This document shows, in pieces, positions 20,285 through 31,115 of a DNA stretch of 64,000 nt. Numbering within the stretch: position 1 is the stretch's first letter; every line of letters begins with the position of its first letter. Under the pieces are notes generated by a model that was given only the letters and a program-made list of their open reading frames with translations, made no database searches and was not told the origin of the DNA. The stretch is from an uncultured Gemmatimonadaceae bacterium (GTDB taxonomy: Bacteria > Gemmatimonadota > Gemmatimonadetes > Gemmatimonadales > Gemmatimonadaceae), in assembly GCA_963822945.1 (NCBI GenBank), contig CAWGJO010000020.1, positions 256,001-320,000 of the forward strand. Direction: 5' to 3'. A program made the translations under genes and the position numbers.

Positions 20285-20877
20285 TCGCCGAGATCTCCGG
20301 CGCCCTGGCCGCCAAGGAACTCGAGCGCGTCACCGTGATGACGGCTGGGGGCGTGGGATACGAAGTGCTCATCCCGCTCAGCGTCTTCGAGGCGCTCCCC
20401 AAACTCGGCGAGTCGGTGCACCTGCACACGCAACTCGTCGTGCGCGACGACGGCTGGCTGCTGTTCGGCTTCGGCACTCCGTTCGAACGACAGGTGTTCC
20501 GGATCCTGCTCACCGCGAACGGTGTGGGGCCGGCGCTGGCGCTCGCCCTCGTGTCGCACCTCACCGCCGACCGGCTGGTTCGGGCCCTGCACGAGAAGGA
20601 CATCGCCACGCTGCAGGGCGTGCCCCGGGTGGGACGCAAGAAGGCTGAGCGCATCGTCCTCGACCTGACCGACAAGCTGGACGGACTCGAGGTGGACGGC
20701 ACGATGCCGCGTCCCGAGGGCGCCGGCGCCGAGGACGCCATTCGCGCGCTCGTGCAGTTGGGCTACTCGCCGAGTGACGCCGAGAAGGCGGTCCGGGCCG
20801 CGCTCGACGACGGCGGGCGCGGCATGCCCGCCCACGACCTGATCAGACGCGCGCTGGCCGCCTTGGCCAAGCGTTAG
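20281..20877 (+). CDS. ruvA: Holliday junction branch migration protein RuvA
   Basis: GGVGYEV, LFGF, NGVGPALAL, VPRVGRKKAERIVLDL, ALVQLGY. Confidence 0.96.
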   Translation: MIAEISGALAAKELERVTVMTAGGVGYEVLIPLSVFEALPKLGESVHLHTQLVVRDDGWLLFGFGTPFERQVFRILLTANGVGPALALALVSHLTADRLVRALHEKDIATLQGVPRVGRKKAERIVLDLTDKLDGLEVDGTMPRPEGAGAEDAIRALVQLGYSPSDAEKAVRAALDDGGRGMPAHDLIRRALAALAKR

Positions 20878-20910
20878 ACTCACCCCCACCCTTCGCCCCC
20901 GGAGCAACCG

Positions 20911-22064
20911 GTGCGAGCAGCCCAGCGCACGGCGACGTTCACCGAATCCGTGATCCGCGAGATGACCCGCGTCGCCAACAAGTACGACGCCGTAAACCTC
21001 GTCGCAGGGCTTCCCGGACTTTCCGATGCCGGCGCCCATGAAGGACGCCGCCTGCGCGGCCATCCACGGCGACGTGAACCAGTACGCCGTCACCTGGGGC
21101 GCCCGCCGCTGCGCCTGGCGATCGCCGAGAAGTACCGGCGCTGGTACGGCATGACGGTCGACACCGAGCGCGAGATCACCGTCACCTGCGGCGCCACGGA
21201 AGCGATGGCGAGCGTGTTCCTGGCGCTCGTCGATCCCGGCGACGAGGTGATCGTCTTCGAGCCGTTTTACGAGAACTACGGTCCCGACGCGATCCTCGCG
21301 CGGCGCGGAGCCGGTCTACGTACGCTCGAACGCCCCGGGCTGGACGCTCGATCCCGACGCGGTTGCGCGCCGCATTCAGCGACCGCACGAAGGCGATCAT
21401 CGTCAACACGCCGCACAACCCGACCGGTCAAGGTGTTCACCCGCGCCGAGATGGACCTGATTGCCGAACTCTGCATCAAGCACGACGCCTGGGCGATCAC
21501 CGACGAGATCTACGAGCACATCCGCTACGCCGGCGACCACCATGTGCTCGCCACCTGGCCCGGCATGCGGGAACGGACGATCACGATCTCCGGCCTCTCG
21601 AAGACGTATTGCCGTGCACGGGCTGGCGGTCGGGCTACGCCATCGCGCCCGCCGAGCAGACGGGCGCCATTCGCAAGGTGCACGATTTCCTGACCGTCGG
21701 CGCACCCGCGCCGCTGCAGGCGGCGGGCGCCGTGGGCATGCACTTCGACGCCGAGTACTACAATCACATGGCCGGGGAGTACCGCGCGCGGCGCGACCTG
21801 CTGCTGCCGGCGCTGCGCCAGGCCGGGTTCCGGTTCGCGGTGCCGGAAGGCGCCTACTACGTGCTCGCGGACTTCTCCGCCATCAGCCAGGACGACGACG
21901 TGACGTTCGCGCGGTGGTTGATCGAGGAGATCGGCGTGGCTACGGTGCCCGGGTCGAGCTTCTACCACGATCCGGCCCTGGGACGCACCCTCACGCGCTT
22001 CGCCTTCTGCAAGAAGCTGGAGACGCTCGAGCGGGCCGTGGAACGGCTCCGGGAACTGGGCTAG
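20911..22064 (+). CDS. Class I/II PLP aminotransferase (several frameshifts, probably sequence errors)
   Basis: Motifs spread over frames: [56 protein letters not shown]; breaks between about 21000 and 21615. Confidence 0.85.
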
Positions 22065-22096
22065 CCGCGCCGACGCGGAGCGATATACTGTTCGCC

Positions 22097-23119
22097 ATGT
22101 CTCGCGCCGAGATCACCACGCCTGACGCGCTGCCCGACGAGTCCGTCGTCGAGCTGTCGCTCCGCCCCCAGCGCCTGTCGGAGTTCATCGGCCAGACGAA
22201 GGTGAAGGAGAGCCTTCGCATCTGGATCGACGCCGCCCTCGCCCGGCGGGAACCGCTGGACCACGCCCTCTTCTTCGGCCCGCCGGGGCTCGGCAAGACG
22301 ACGCTCGCCGAGTTGATCGCGCGCGAACTCGGGGTCAACGTGCGGACGACGTCCGGGCCGGCGCTGGAGAAGCCGGGGGATCTGGTGGGCACGCTCACCA
22401 ACCTCCGGGCGGGCGACATCCTGTTCATCGACGAGATTCACCGCCTGCGGCCGATCATCGAGGAGTTCCTCTATCCGGCGATGGAGGACTTCAAGATCGA
22501 CATCCGGCTCTCCGAGGGCCCCAAGGCGCAGACGATCACGATGCCCATCGAGCGGTTCACGCTCATCGGCGCCACGACGCGCTTCGGCATGCTCACACCG
22601 CCGATGCGTGCGCGATTCGGCATCGTGGAGCGGCTCAACTTCTACCCCGCCGAGGATCTCGAGCAGATCGTCATCCGGTCGGCCGACGTGCTCCGCGTGT
22701 CGTGCGACGCCGAGGGCGCGCGCGAGATCGCGCGCCGCTCGCGCGGCACGCCGCGCGTGGCCAACCGGCTGCTGCGCCGCGTGCGCGACTTCGCCCAGGT
22801 GCGTGCCGACGGCGCGATCGACCGACACGTGGCCGCCGAACTGCTCCGCATGATCGACGTCGACGAATTCGGGCTCGACGACATGGATGCGCGCATCCTC
22901 AAGACGATCATCGAGAAGTTCGAGGGCGGCCCGGTGGGGCTGTCCAGCATCGGGACCGCCGTCGGCGAGGACGCCAACACCATCGAAGAGGTGTACGAGC
23001 CATTCCTGGTGCAGAACGGGTTTCTGCAGCGGACCACGCGGGGACGGATCGCGACGCCAAAAGCATACGAACATTTTGGATACGTGAGGCCGGCTGGGGT
23101 ACAGGCGGAACTGCTGTAA
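22097..23119 (+). CDS. ruvB: Holliday junction branch migration ATPase RuvB
   Basis: [55 protein letters not shown]. Confidence 0.97.
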   Translation: MSRAEITTPDALPDESVVELSLRPQRLSEFIGQTKVKESLRIWIDAALARREPLDHALFFGPPGLGKTTLAELIARELGVNVRTTSGPALEKPGDLVGTLTNLRAGDILFIDEIHRLRPIIEEFLYPAMEDFKIDIRLSEGPKAQTITMPIERFTLIGATTRFGMLTPPMRARFGIVERLNFYPAEDLEQIVIRSADVLRVSCDAEGAREIARRSRGTPRVANRLLRRVRDFAQVRADGAIDRHVAAELLRMIDVDEFGLDDMDARILKTIIEKFEGGPVGLSSIGTAVGEDANTIEEVYEPFLVQNGFLQRTTRGRIATPKAYEHFGYVRPAGVQAELL

Positions 23120-23122
23120 CGA

Positions 23123-23250
23123 CGGAACCGCGAAGCTGCGCAGGGCCGAAACGACGCAGGGCAGCAACCGCGCAGGGCCGAACCCACGCAGGGCCGAAAC
23201 CTCGCAGGGCCGAACCTACGCAGGACATTGACCGCGCAGGGCCGAAACAG
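23123..23250 (+). repeat. Left arm: 7 tandem 16-bp units CGCAGGGCCGAANNNN
   Basis: Units start at 23139, 23155, 23171, 23187, 23203, 23219, 23235; CG periodicity begins at 23123. Confidence 0.95.
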
Positions 23251-23370
23251 CGGGGAATCGGTGGGGCCTGCGGCCCTGAAACAGCGAATGGTTGGAAACA
23301 GCGCGTGCGAGCCGAGGCTCCGCGCAGTATCGGCACCACCCAACCCGCTGGTTGCGTGCTTCCGATCCCC

Positions 23371-23578
23371 CGCCGTATCGGTCCTGCGCCGTATCGGTCC
23401 TGCGCCGTACCGGCCCTGCGTCGTACCGGCCCTGCGCCGTATCGGTCCTGCGCCGTATCGGCCCTGCGCCGTATCGGCCCTGCGCCGTTCGGCCCTGCGC
23501 CGTATCAGCCCTGCGTCGTATCGGCCCTGCGCCGTACCGGCCCTGCGTAGTATTGAGGTGCGCCGTTTCGGCCCTGCG
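23371..23578 (-). repeat. Right arm: about 13 tandem 16-bp units CGCCGTATCGGCCCTG (reverse complement of left-arm unit)
   Basis: Direct reading; one 15-bp unit and one degenerate unit near 23546. Confidence 0.95.
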
Positions 23579-23601
23579 CTCCTTCTCTGTCCCGCTCCTT
23601 C

Positions 23602-24636
23602 ATGTCTGGCTCCCGTACCTCCGATTTCGATTTCCATCTCCCGCCGGAACTCATCGCCTCGCTCCCCGTCGAGCCGCGCGATGCCGCGCGGCTCATGGTC
23701 GTCGATCGCGCCTCGGGCGCCATCACGCATCGCCGGTTCTCCGACCTCGCCGCGCTCGTGCCGGCGGGAGACGTCATGGTGCTCAACCGATCGCGCGTCC
23801 TGCGCGCGCGGTTATTGGGTACTCGCGCGTCCGGCGCGCCGGCGGAGATCCTGTTGCTCAAACCGGTGGACGGCGACACGTGGGAAGCGATGGTGTCTCC
23901 GGGGGGGAAGCTCAAGCCGGGACGCGTGGTGCACGTCGCCCCCGGGTTCGACGTCGAGATCGTGTCGGTTACCGAGCGGCGCACGCGCGTCGTCCGCCTG
24001 ATCACCGACGGTCCCGTGGAAGAGGCCATCGAACGCGTGGGCCACATGCCACTGCCGCCCTACATCGAGCGCCCCGATGAGCCGGCCGACCGGGAGCGCT
24101 ACCAGACGGTGTACGCGCGCGAACTCGGATCGGTGGCGGCACCCACGGCGGGCCTGCACTTCACGCAGCGACTGCTCGACCAGCTCGCCGCCAACGGGGT
24201 GCACCGCGCCGAGGTGCTGCTGCATGTCGGCGCCGGCACGTTCAAGCCGGTCGAGGTGGAAGACCCGGCCGCGCACGTCATGCATGAGGAATGGTATTCC
24301 GTGAGCGACGAGGCGGCCCGCGCCGTCAACGCCGCCCACGCCTCGGGCGGCCGCGTCTGGGCCGTGGGGACGACGGCCGTGCGCACGCTGGAGAGCGCCG
24401 CCGGCGCGGACGGCACGCTGGCGGCGGGCCAGGGCGAGACGCGTATCTTCATCCGGCCACCCTACACCTTTCGCGCCGTCGACCACCTGATCACCAACTT
24501 CCACCTGCCCCGCTCGACGCTGATCATGCTGGTGGCGGCATTCGCGGGCTACGATCTGACCATGCGGGCCTACCGGGAAGCGATCGCCGAGCGATACCGG
24601 TTCTATTCCTACGGCGATGCGATGGTCATTCTCTGA
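23602..24636 (+). CDS. queA: S-adenosylmethionine:tRNA ribosyltransferase-isomerase
   Basis: DFDFHLPPELIA, PLPPYI, YQTVYA, SVAAPTAGLHFT, LHVGAGTF, TNFHLPRSTL, YRFYSYGDAM. Confidence 0.97.
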   Translation: MSGSRTSDFDFHLPPELIASLPVEPRDAARLMVVDRASGAITHRRFSDLAALVPAGDVMVLNRSRVLRARLLGTRASGAPAEILLLKPVDGDTWEAMVSPGGKLKPGRVVHVAPGFDVEIVSVTERRTRVVRLITDGPVEEAIERVGHMPLPPYIERPDEPADRERYQTVYARELGSVAAPTAGLHFTQRLLDQLAANGVHRAEVLLHVGAGTFKPVEVEDPAAHVMHEEWYSVSDEAARAVNAAHASGGRVWAVGTTAVRTLESAAGADGTLAAGQGETRIFIRPPYTFRAVDHLITNFHLPRSTLIMLVAAFAGYDLTMRAYREAIAERYRFYSYGDAMVIL

Positions 24637-24638
24637 GC

Positions 24639-25782
24639 ATGCACGAGTCGTTCTCCTTTGCCATCGACGCGACCGCCGGCGCGGCCCGATCGGCGGCGTT
24701 CGCCACGCCGCACGGCGTCGTGGAGACTCCGGCGTTCATGGCCGTGGGCACCCTGGCCACCGTCAAGGGACTCGATCCCGACGACCTGCGCGCGATGCAC
24801 GCCCAGATCGATCCTCGCCAACGCGTACCATCTGCATCTGCGCCCGGGAGACGACCTGATCCGCCTCCTGGGAGGCCTGCACCGCTTCATGGCCTGGGAT
24901 GGTCCGATTCTCACCGACTCGGGGGGATTCCAGGTGTTCTCCCTGGCGTCGCTGCGCACCGTGGACGAGGACGGGGTGGAATTCCAGAGCCACCTGGACG
25001 GCTCGCGCCGCCGGTTCACGCCGGAGTCGGTGATGGAGATCGAGCGCAACCTCGGCGCCGACGTGGTGATGCAGTTCGACCACGTGATTCCGGGGCAGAG
25101 CGACGCGGCGGCGGCGCGCGACGCCAGCGAACGGAGCGTGCGGTGGCTGGCCCGCTGCCGCTCGGCGTTCAACGCGTTGGAGCGCGAGCGGCCGCAGGCA
25201 CTGTTCCCGATCGTGCAGGGCGGCATCCACGCCGACCTGCGGCGCGAGGCTGCCCGCGCCATCCGCCAGATGGACGACTGGAAGGGATTCGGCATCGGCG
25301 GGCTGTCGGTGGGCGAGGCGAAACCCGACATGTACGCCATGCTCGAGACCGTGCACGAGGAACTGCCCGTCGACCGGCCGCGATATCTGATGGGCGTCGG
25401 GTTTCCCGAGGACCTGGTGGAGGGCGTACGGCGCGGGGTCGATCTCTTCGACTGCGTGGCCCCGACGCGCATGGGGCGCAACGGCGCCGTTTTCACCTGC
25501 GACGGACGGCTCAACATCAAGCGGGCCGAATTCCGCGCCGATCAACGGCCACTCGATGACGCATGCGAGTGCTCGGCCTGCCGCCGATTCACCCGGAGCT
25601 ACCTGCGGCATCTGTTCCTGGCCGACGAGATGCTCGGATTGCGCCTCCTGTCGCTGCATAATGTACATTTCCTCGTCACGCTGATGCGGGAGGCGCGCGC
25701 CGCCGTCCGCGACGGCACCTTCGACGGCTGGAGCCAGCGCTGGCTGGACCGCTACCACTCACGCACGAGCACTTCGGCATGA
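24639..25782 (+). CDS. tgt: tRNA-guanine transglycosylase (frameshift near 24808)
   Basis: TPHGVVETPAFMAVGT in first frame; ILANAYHL, TDSGGFQVFSL, PRYLMGVG, DLFDCVAPTR, CECSAC in second frame. Confidence 0.94.
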
Positions 25783-26150
25783 CACTCCCCCTCCCGGTCT
25801 ATCCGGCCCTGATGACCCCCGCCCAGGGCGGCCAGAGTTCGCTGGCGCCGTTCCTGCTGCAACTGGGCCTCATCGTGGCCATCTTCTACTTTCTGCTCAT
25901 CCGGCCGCAGCAGAAGCAGCGGAAGCAGCATGAGCAGGCGCTCGCCAACCTCAAGAAGGGCGACGAGATCGTCACGGGCGGTGGCGTGGTGGGCGAGGTG
26001 GTGCACATCAAGGAGACCTTTCAGAGCGACGGGACCAGCAAGCCGATGATGGAGGATCGCGTGACCATCAAGTCGGGCGACACGCGGCTCATCGTGGAGC
26101 GCGGCCGCATCTCGAAGATCATCGCGAGCCAGGGCGGGACCCAGGGCTGA
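25779..26150 (+). CDS. yajC: Preprotein translocase subunit YajC
   Basis: FYFLLIRPQQKQRK, LKKGDEIVTGGG; follows tgt. Confidence 0.94.
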   Translation: MTLPLPVYPALMTPAQGGQSSLAPFLLQLGLIVAIFYFLLIRPQQKQRKQHEQALANLKKGDEIVTGGGVVGEVVHIKETFQSDGTSKPMMEDRVTIKSGDTRLIVERGRISKIIASQGGTQG

Positions 26151-26706
26151 TGCCGTTGCTCGAGATCCGCGTCCTCGGCGATCCGATCCTCCGCGAGGAG
26201 ACGATTCCCGTTTCCGAGTTTCCCGATGAGTTGCAGCGCCTGATCGACGACATGTTCGAGACCATGCGCGCCGCCAAGGGCATCGGCCTCGCGGCGCCCC
26301 AGGTGGGGCGCCGCGAGCGGCTGACCGTGGTCGACGTGGACGGCGACGAGTTCGTGCTCATCAATCCCGAAGTCGTCATGCGCGAAGGATCGGCCAAGGG
26401 AGAGGAAGGCTGCCTGTCGATCCCCGATGTGTACGCCGACGTGGAACGCGCCACGCGTGTAGTGGTGCGGGCGGTGGACCGGCACGGGAAGCCGTTCGAG
26501 GTGGAAGCCCGCGACCTGCTGGCGCGGTGCATGCAGCACGAGATCGACCATCTGTTCGGCACCCTCTTCATCGACCACCTGAGCGTGCTCAAGCGGCGCA
26601 GCGCCCTGTCCAAGTGGACGAAGGAGAAGGAGAAGTACCCGGGCTCGTCCGCCGGCTCGATCCGGCCGATATCGCTGCCCATCACCACCGCGACGAGGAA
26701 CTGTGA
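26150..26706 (+). CDS. def: Peptide deformylase (probable 1-nt indel near 26642 in C-terminal tail)
   Basis: GIGLAAPQVG, EGCLSIP, QHEIDHL; corrected frame ends at TGA 26704-26706 abutting the fmt GTG. Confidence 0.93.
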
Positions 26707-27641
26707 GTGCGCGTGCTCTTCTGGGGCACGCCTGAGTTCGCCACGCCGGCACTGCGGGCGCTGATCGGCGAGGGCTTCGACGTGGTCGGCGTGGTGACGC
26801 AGCCCGACCGGCCCGTGGGACGCTCGCGCTCGAAGGTCGAAGCCCCGCCGGTAAAGGAGATCGCCGAACGGGAGAACATCCCCGTGCTCCAACCGGAGCA
26901 CCCGCGCGGCGAGGGGTTCCGGGCGCGGATCACGGCGCTCGAGCCCGACGTCTCGGTAGTCGTGGCGTACGGCCACATCCTGCCCAGCGACATTATCGGC
27001 GTGCCGCGGCTGGGCACGTTGAACATCCACGCCTCGCTGCTCCCCACGCTGCGCGGCGCGGCGCCCATCCAGGCCGCCATCCGCGACGGCCTCACCGAGA
27101 CCGGCGTCTCGATCATGCGCATGGTGCCGAAGCTGGATGCGGGGCCGGTGCTGCTGCGCGCCGCCACGCCGATCTACGACGACGAAACGGCGGAGAACTC
27201 ACCCTCCGCCTCTCGGAGATGGGCGCGGCGGCGCTCATCGAGACCCTGGCGCTGCTCGAACTCGACGCGGCGCGCGAGGAACCGCAGGACGACGCGCGGG
27301 CGACGTACGCGCCGAAGATCGAGCGCGAGATGACCCGGGTGGATCGGGCCCTCCCCTCCGACGCCGTGGCCCGTCTGGTGCGCGCGTACGACCCGCGCCC
27401 CGGCGCGCTGACCACGCTCCAGGGCATCGAAGTCAAACTGTTCGGCGCCCGCCCCGTCGTCGGCGCGCGCGGTGCCGCCGGCGAGGTGGTGTCGATCGAC
27501 GACCAGGGCATGATCGTGGCCTGCGGCGATGGCGCCATTCAGCTCGCGTCGGTGCAACCGGCGGGAAAGCGCCGCATGGCGCCCGCCGACTGGCAGCGCG
27601 GCCGCGGCGTGGCCGCGGGCCAGCGGTTCGATACCGCCTGA
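26707..27641 (+). CDS. fmt: Methionyl-tRNA formyltransferase (frameshift near 27190)
   Basis: FWGTPEFA, VVTQPDRPVGR, VVVAYG, NIHASLLP.LRGAAPIQ, LDAG; second frame gives TYAPKI...QPAGKRRM. Confidence 0.94.
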
Positions 27642-27751
27642 GCGGCGTCCGCCCGCCCCGCGGGCGATGCCGATCGTCGGCGGCGGGGCTATCTTTCGAA
27701 ACGCGCGGCGCTCCCGGCGCCGCCCCGCTGGACTCTCACGCGACGCACCTT

Positions 27752-29113
27752 ATGGCAGGTCAGCACCACCCAGCACACGGCAACGCCACGCTCCCCCGGC
27801 CCACGCCGGTGACCGACGCCCGCCTCGTCGCCGCCGCCGTCTGCGCCGATCTCCGCCGCGGCGAACTCCTCGACACGACGTTCGACCGCCGCACGGCGCT
27901 GCTCGACGCCCGTGACCGCCGGTGGACCCGCGAGTTGGTGTACGGCATGCTCCGCACGCGCGGCCGCCTCGACGCCCTGCTCGCCGAGCGCGTGCGCGGC
28001 GGACTCGGCCGCCTCGATCCGGAGCTGCTCGATCTCCTGCGCCTCGGCAGCTATCAGTTACTCGAGATGGGCAGCGTCCCCGCGTATGCCGCCATCGCGC
28101 AGACCGTCGAGCTGGCCAAGGAGCGCGCCGGCGAGGGAGCCGGCAAGCTGGCCAACGCCGTGTTGCGCCGTCTCGACCGGGAACACGACTCGCTCACGCT
28201 GCCGGCACCGGCCGACCCCGTGGACGCGCTCGCCGGCGAGTATTCGCATCCGGCGTGGCTGGTGGCCCGCTGGTTGGAACGCTGGGGGGAAGACGACACC
28301 CGCCGCCTGCTGGCCGCCAACAACACCGAGCCGCCCATCATCGCCCGCCCCGTGCACGTGGTGCGCGAGCAGCTCGAAGCGTCGCTCGAGGCGGCGGGGG
28401 TGCGCGTCGCCGATGCGCCGCTGGTGCCGGACAGCGTGGTCCTCACGCTCCCCGTGCCCGCCCTCACCGAGCTCGGCGCCTTCAAGCGCGGGCTGTTCCA
28501 CATTCAGGATCCCGCGGCGACACTGGTCACCCGGTACGCCGCCACACCGCCGGGTGCCGCCGTCGCCGATCTCTGTGCGGCGCCCGGCGGCAAGGCCATC
28601 GAATTGGCGCGCACCGCCGGCGCCGTGTTCGCGTCCGATGTCTCGCCGCACCGGCTGCAGCGATTGCGCGAGAACGTGCGCCGGCTCGAACTCGACAACA
28701 TCTTTGCCTATGCCGCCGACGCCTCCATGCCCGCCATTCGCCAGGTGGACGCCGTCCTGCTCGATGCGCCCTGCACCGGCACCGGCACGATGCGCCGCCA
28801 CCCCGATGCACGCTGGCGGCTGAAACCGTCCGACCTCGCGGTGATGACCTCCCTGCAGTGGATGTTGCTCTCGTCCGCCGCCACCCTCGTGAAGCCCGGA
28901 GGATTGCTCGTGTACAGCACCTGCTCGCTGGAGTTCGAGGAGAACGACGCCCCCGTCGATCGTTTCCTGGCCTCGCATCCCGAATGGCGGCTCGAGCCAC
29001 CTCCCCCGGGTGTCGTCCCCGACGGCGTGCTCGACGATGGACGGCTTCGCGTTCTGCCCCAGCGACACGGCACCGACGGCGCCTTCGCGGCGCGACTGCG
29101 GAGGGTGGCGTGA
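27752..29113 (+). CDS. rsmB: 16S rRNA m5C967 methyltransferase RsmB/Sun
   Basis: NusB-like N-terminus, YSHPAWL, IQD, DLCAAPGGK, DAPCTGTG, YSTCS, DGAFAA; def-fmt-rsmB synteny. Confidence 0.93.
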   Translation: MAGQHHPAHGNATLPRPTPVTDARLVAAAVCADLRRGELLDTTFDRRTALLDARDRRWTRELVYGMLRTRGRLDALLAERVRGGLGRLDPELLDLLRLGSYQLLEMGSVPAYAAIAQTVELAKERAGEGAGKLANAVLRRLDREHDSLTLPAPADPVDALAGEYSHPAWLVARWLERWGEDDTRRLLAANNTEPPIIARPVHVVREQLEASLEAAGVRVADAPLVPDSVVLTLPVPALTELGAFKRGLFHIQDPAATLVTRYAATPPGAAVADLCAAPGGKAIELARTAGAVFASDVSPHRLQRLRENVRRLELDNIFAYAADASMPAIRQVDAVLLDAPCTGTGTMRRHPDARWRLKPSDLAVMTSLQWMLLSSAATLVKPGGLLVYSTCSLEFEENDAPVDRFLASHPEWRLEPPPPGVVPDGVLDDGRLRVLPQRHGTDGAFAARLRRVA

Positions 29114-29850
29114 AGCAGCGCACCTGGTGGCAACGAATCTGGCCCTACCTCGCGGCGTCGGTCGGCGGGTTCGGCCTGGCGTGGGTGCTGGTGGCGGTGT
29201 ACGTGTTCCCCTCGGGCGCCGCGCCGGGCGACGCCAAGCTGCCCAACGTGGTGGGGCTCAGCTTCGACGTGGCCAGCCAGCGGCTGCAACAGGCCGGGTT
29301 CAAGGCCCAGCGCGGCGAGATGCGCTTCGAGAACGCGGCGCCGAAGATGAGCGTGCTCCAGATGACGCCCAACGAGGGCACCGCCCAGCCGCTCGGCTCC
29401 ACGGTAGTGCTCGACCTCAGCAACGGGCCGCGCACGGCCGCCGTGCCCAACCTGTTCGGGATGCTCCCCGCGCGCGCCGACTCGGCGCTCACCGCCGCCG
29501 GCTTCAGCATCGCGCCCGACACCGTGTTGCAGGCCAGCAACCAGCCGGTGGGCAGCGTCATCCAGACGCGCCCCGCGGCGGGATCGCGTGCCGTGGTTCC
29601 GTCGGCGGTTACGCTGGTGCTGAGCGCCGGCCCCGCCACGATCGCGGTGCCCGATCTGTCCGGGCGGACGATCGTCGAGGCGCGCATCCTGCTCGAACAG
29701 TTGGGGCTGGCCCTCGGCGACGTTACGATTCTCAGCGGCGGGGGAAACCAGGACCTGGCTTCGGTGGTGAAACAGAATCCCACCGAGGGGACGCTCGTCC
29801 CGGCCGGCACCCGCGTGACCGTGAGCGTCTCGGGAGGGACCGCTCCATGA
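29110..29850 (+). CDS. Membrane-anchored PASTA-domain protein (3 PASTA repeats, no kinase)
   Basis: N-terminal TM then LPNVVGL, VPNLFGM, VPDLSGR repeats each followed by V..Q.P..G. Confidence 0.88.
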   Translation: MKQRTWWQRIWPYLAASVGGFGLAWVLVAVYVFPSGAAPGDAKLPNVVGLSFDVASQRLQQAGFKAQRGEMRFENAAPKMSVLQMTPNEGTAQPLGSTVVLDLSNGPRTAAVPNLFGMLPARADSALTAAGFSIAPDTVLQASNQPVGSVIQTRPAAGSRAVVPSAVTLVLSAGPATIAVPDLSGRTIVEARILLEQLGLALGDVTILSGGGNQDLASVVKQNPTEGTLVPAGTRVTVSVSGGTAP

Positions 29851-30512
29851 CCGTTCGGATCGTTCCATCGCTGCTCGCCGCCGACTTCTCCGCTCTGGCC
29901 GACCAGGTAGCGCTGTGCGTCGAGGGGGGCGCCGACTGGCTTCACATCGACGTCATGGACGGCCGGTTCGTCCCCCCGATCACCTTCGGTGCCAAGATCA
30001 TCGAGGCCGTGCGCAAGTGCACCGAGCTTCCCCTCGACGTGCACCTGATGGTGGTGGAGCCGGAGAAGCATTTCCAGACGTTCGCCGCGGCGGGCGCCAA
30101 CGGCCTCACCCTGCACGCCGAGGTCGCGCCGCACCTGCAGCGCCAGCTCTCGCACATCCGCGAACTGGGGTGCCGTGCCGGCGCAGCAATCAATCCGTCC
30201 ACGCCGCTCTCGGCCGTCGGCGAGGTATTGGACGATCTCGACCTGCTGCTGGTGATGACGGTGAACCCCGGATACGGGGGCCAGGCGTTCATTCCCCACT
30301 CGCTGGACAAGATCCGCCGGGCGCGGCGTCTACTGAACGACTCGCACAGCGCGGCGCTGCTCGAAGTGGATGGCGGGATCAGCCGCGACACCATCGGCGA
30401 CGTCTGGCGCGCCGGTGCCGATACGTTCGTCGCCGGACATGCCGTGTTCTCGGCCGGCGACCCCAAAGCAGAGATCGGCGTTCTGCGCCGTGCATGTGAG
30501 GTGAAGGTATGA
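29847..30512 (+). CDS. rpe: Ribulose-phosphate 3-epimerase
   Basis: PSLLAADF, HIDVMDGRFVP, DVHLMV, MTVNPGYGGQ, EVDGGI. Confidence 0.97.
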   Translation: MTVRIVPSLLAADFSALADQVALCVEGGADWLHIDVMDGRFVPPITFGAKIIEAVRKCTELPLDVHLMVVEPEKHFQTFAAAGANGLTLHAEVAPHLQRQLSHIRELGCRAGAAINPSTPLSAVGEVLDDLDLLLVMTVNPGYGGQAFIPHSLDKIRRARRLLNDSHSAALLEVDGGISRDTIGDVWRAGADTFVAGHAVFSAGDPKAEIGVLRRACEVKV

Positions 30513-31108
30513 CCGTCAAACAACAGTGGGCCATCGTGTTCGGCGCCATCGTCCTCCTGGGCGCGGGGTCGTTCGCGTTCCAGCGCGCGTACGGAACCAA
30601 AGTGGAGCAGGTCGCCATCGGCGCGCCCGCCCCGCCGTTCACTGCGTATACCGTGGACGGCACCCACCGGGCCGTGGGCCTGGCCGATTACAGGGGCGAC
30701 GTCACGATTCTCAACGTCTGGGCCACCTGGTGCGGTCCATGCAAGGCGGAGATGCCCACGCTCGAGCACCTGTACGAGATGTTCAAGCCGGATGGGCTGA
30801 AGATCGTCGCCGTGAGCATCGACGAGACCGCGACCGACGATTCGGTGCGGACGTATGCGAAGAACATGGGGCTCACCTTCGACATCCTGCACGATCCGCA
30901 GTACCGGATCGAGGGCGCGTACCAGGTGGTGGGCTATCCCTCATCGTACGTGATCGATCGTGACGGCGTGATCCGAAAGGTGTGGCTCGGCGCCGCCGAC
31001 TGGACGTCGCCCGGCAACATCGCGCTCGTGCGCAGCCTGCTCGGGCTTCCCGCGTCGGCCGCCGAACGCAACGCGCCGACCGGTGGCGCCGTCGCAGCGG
31101 CTCCCTGA
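30509..31108 (+). CDS. TlpA/ResA-like thiol-disulfide oxidoreductase
   Basis: N-terminal anchor, NVWATWCGPCKAEMP. Confidence 0.92.
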   Translation: MTVKQQWAIVFGAIVLLGAGSFAFQRAYGTKVEQVAIGAPAPPFTAYTVDGTHRAVGLADYRGDVTILNVWATWCGPCKAEMPTLEHLYEMFKPDGLKIVAVSIDETATDDSVRTYAKNMGLTFDILHDPQYRIEGAYQVVGYPSSYVIDRDGVIRKVWLGAADWTSPGNIALVRSLLGLPASAAERNAPTGGAVAAAP

Positions 31109-31115
31109 TGGCCGC

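Noticed and set aside
23123..23578. CRISPR array or guide-RNA array
   Set aside because: Units are 16 bp with at most 4 variable bases, there are no unique spacers of 25-45 bp, and no cas-like genes are nearby
22642..24080. Repetitive ORFs crossing the ruvB-queA repeats, and similar ones at 52292-53119 and 54930-56030
   Set aside because: The peptide periodicity only mirrors the DNA repeats; periods of 8 and 16 are not multiples of 3 and the ORFs overlap real genes
24780..27220. Programmed ribosomal frameshifting in tgt, def or fmt
   Set aside because: No slippery heptamers, no such recoding known to me in these genes, and indels are frequent across the window
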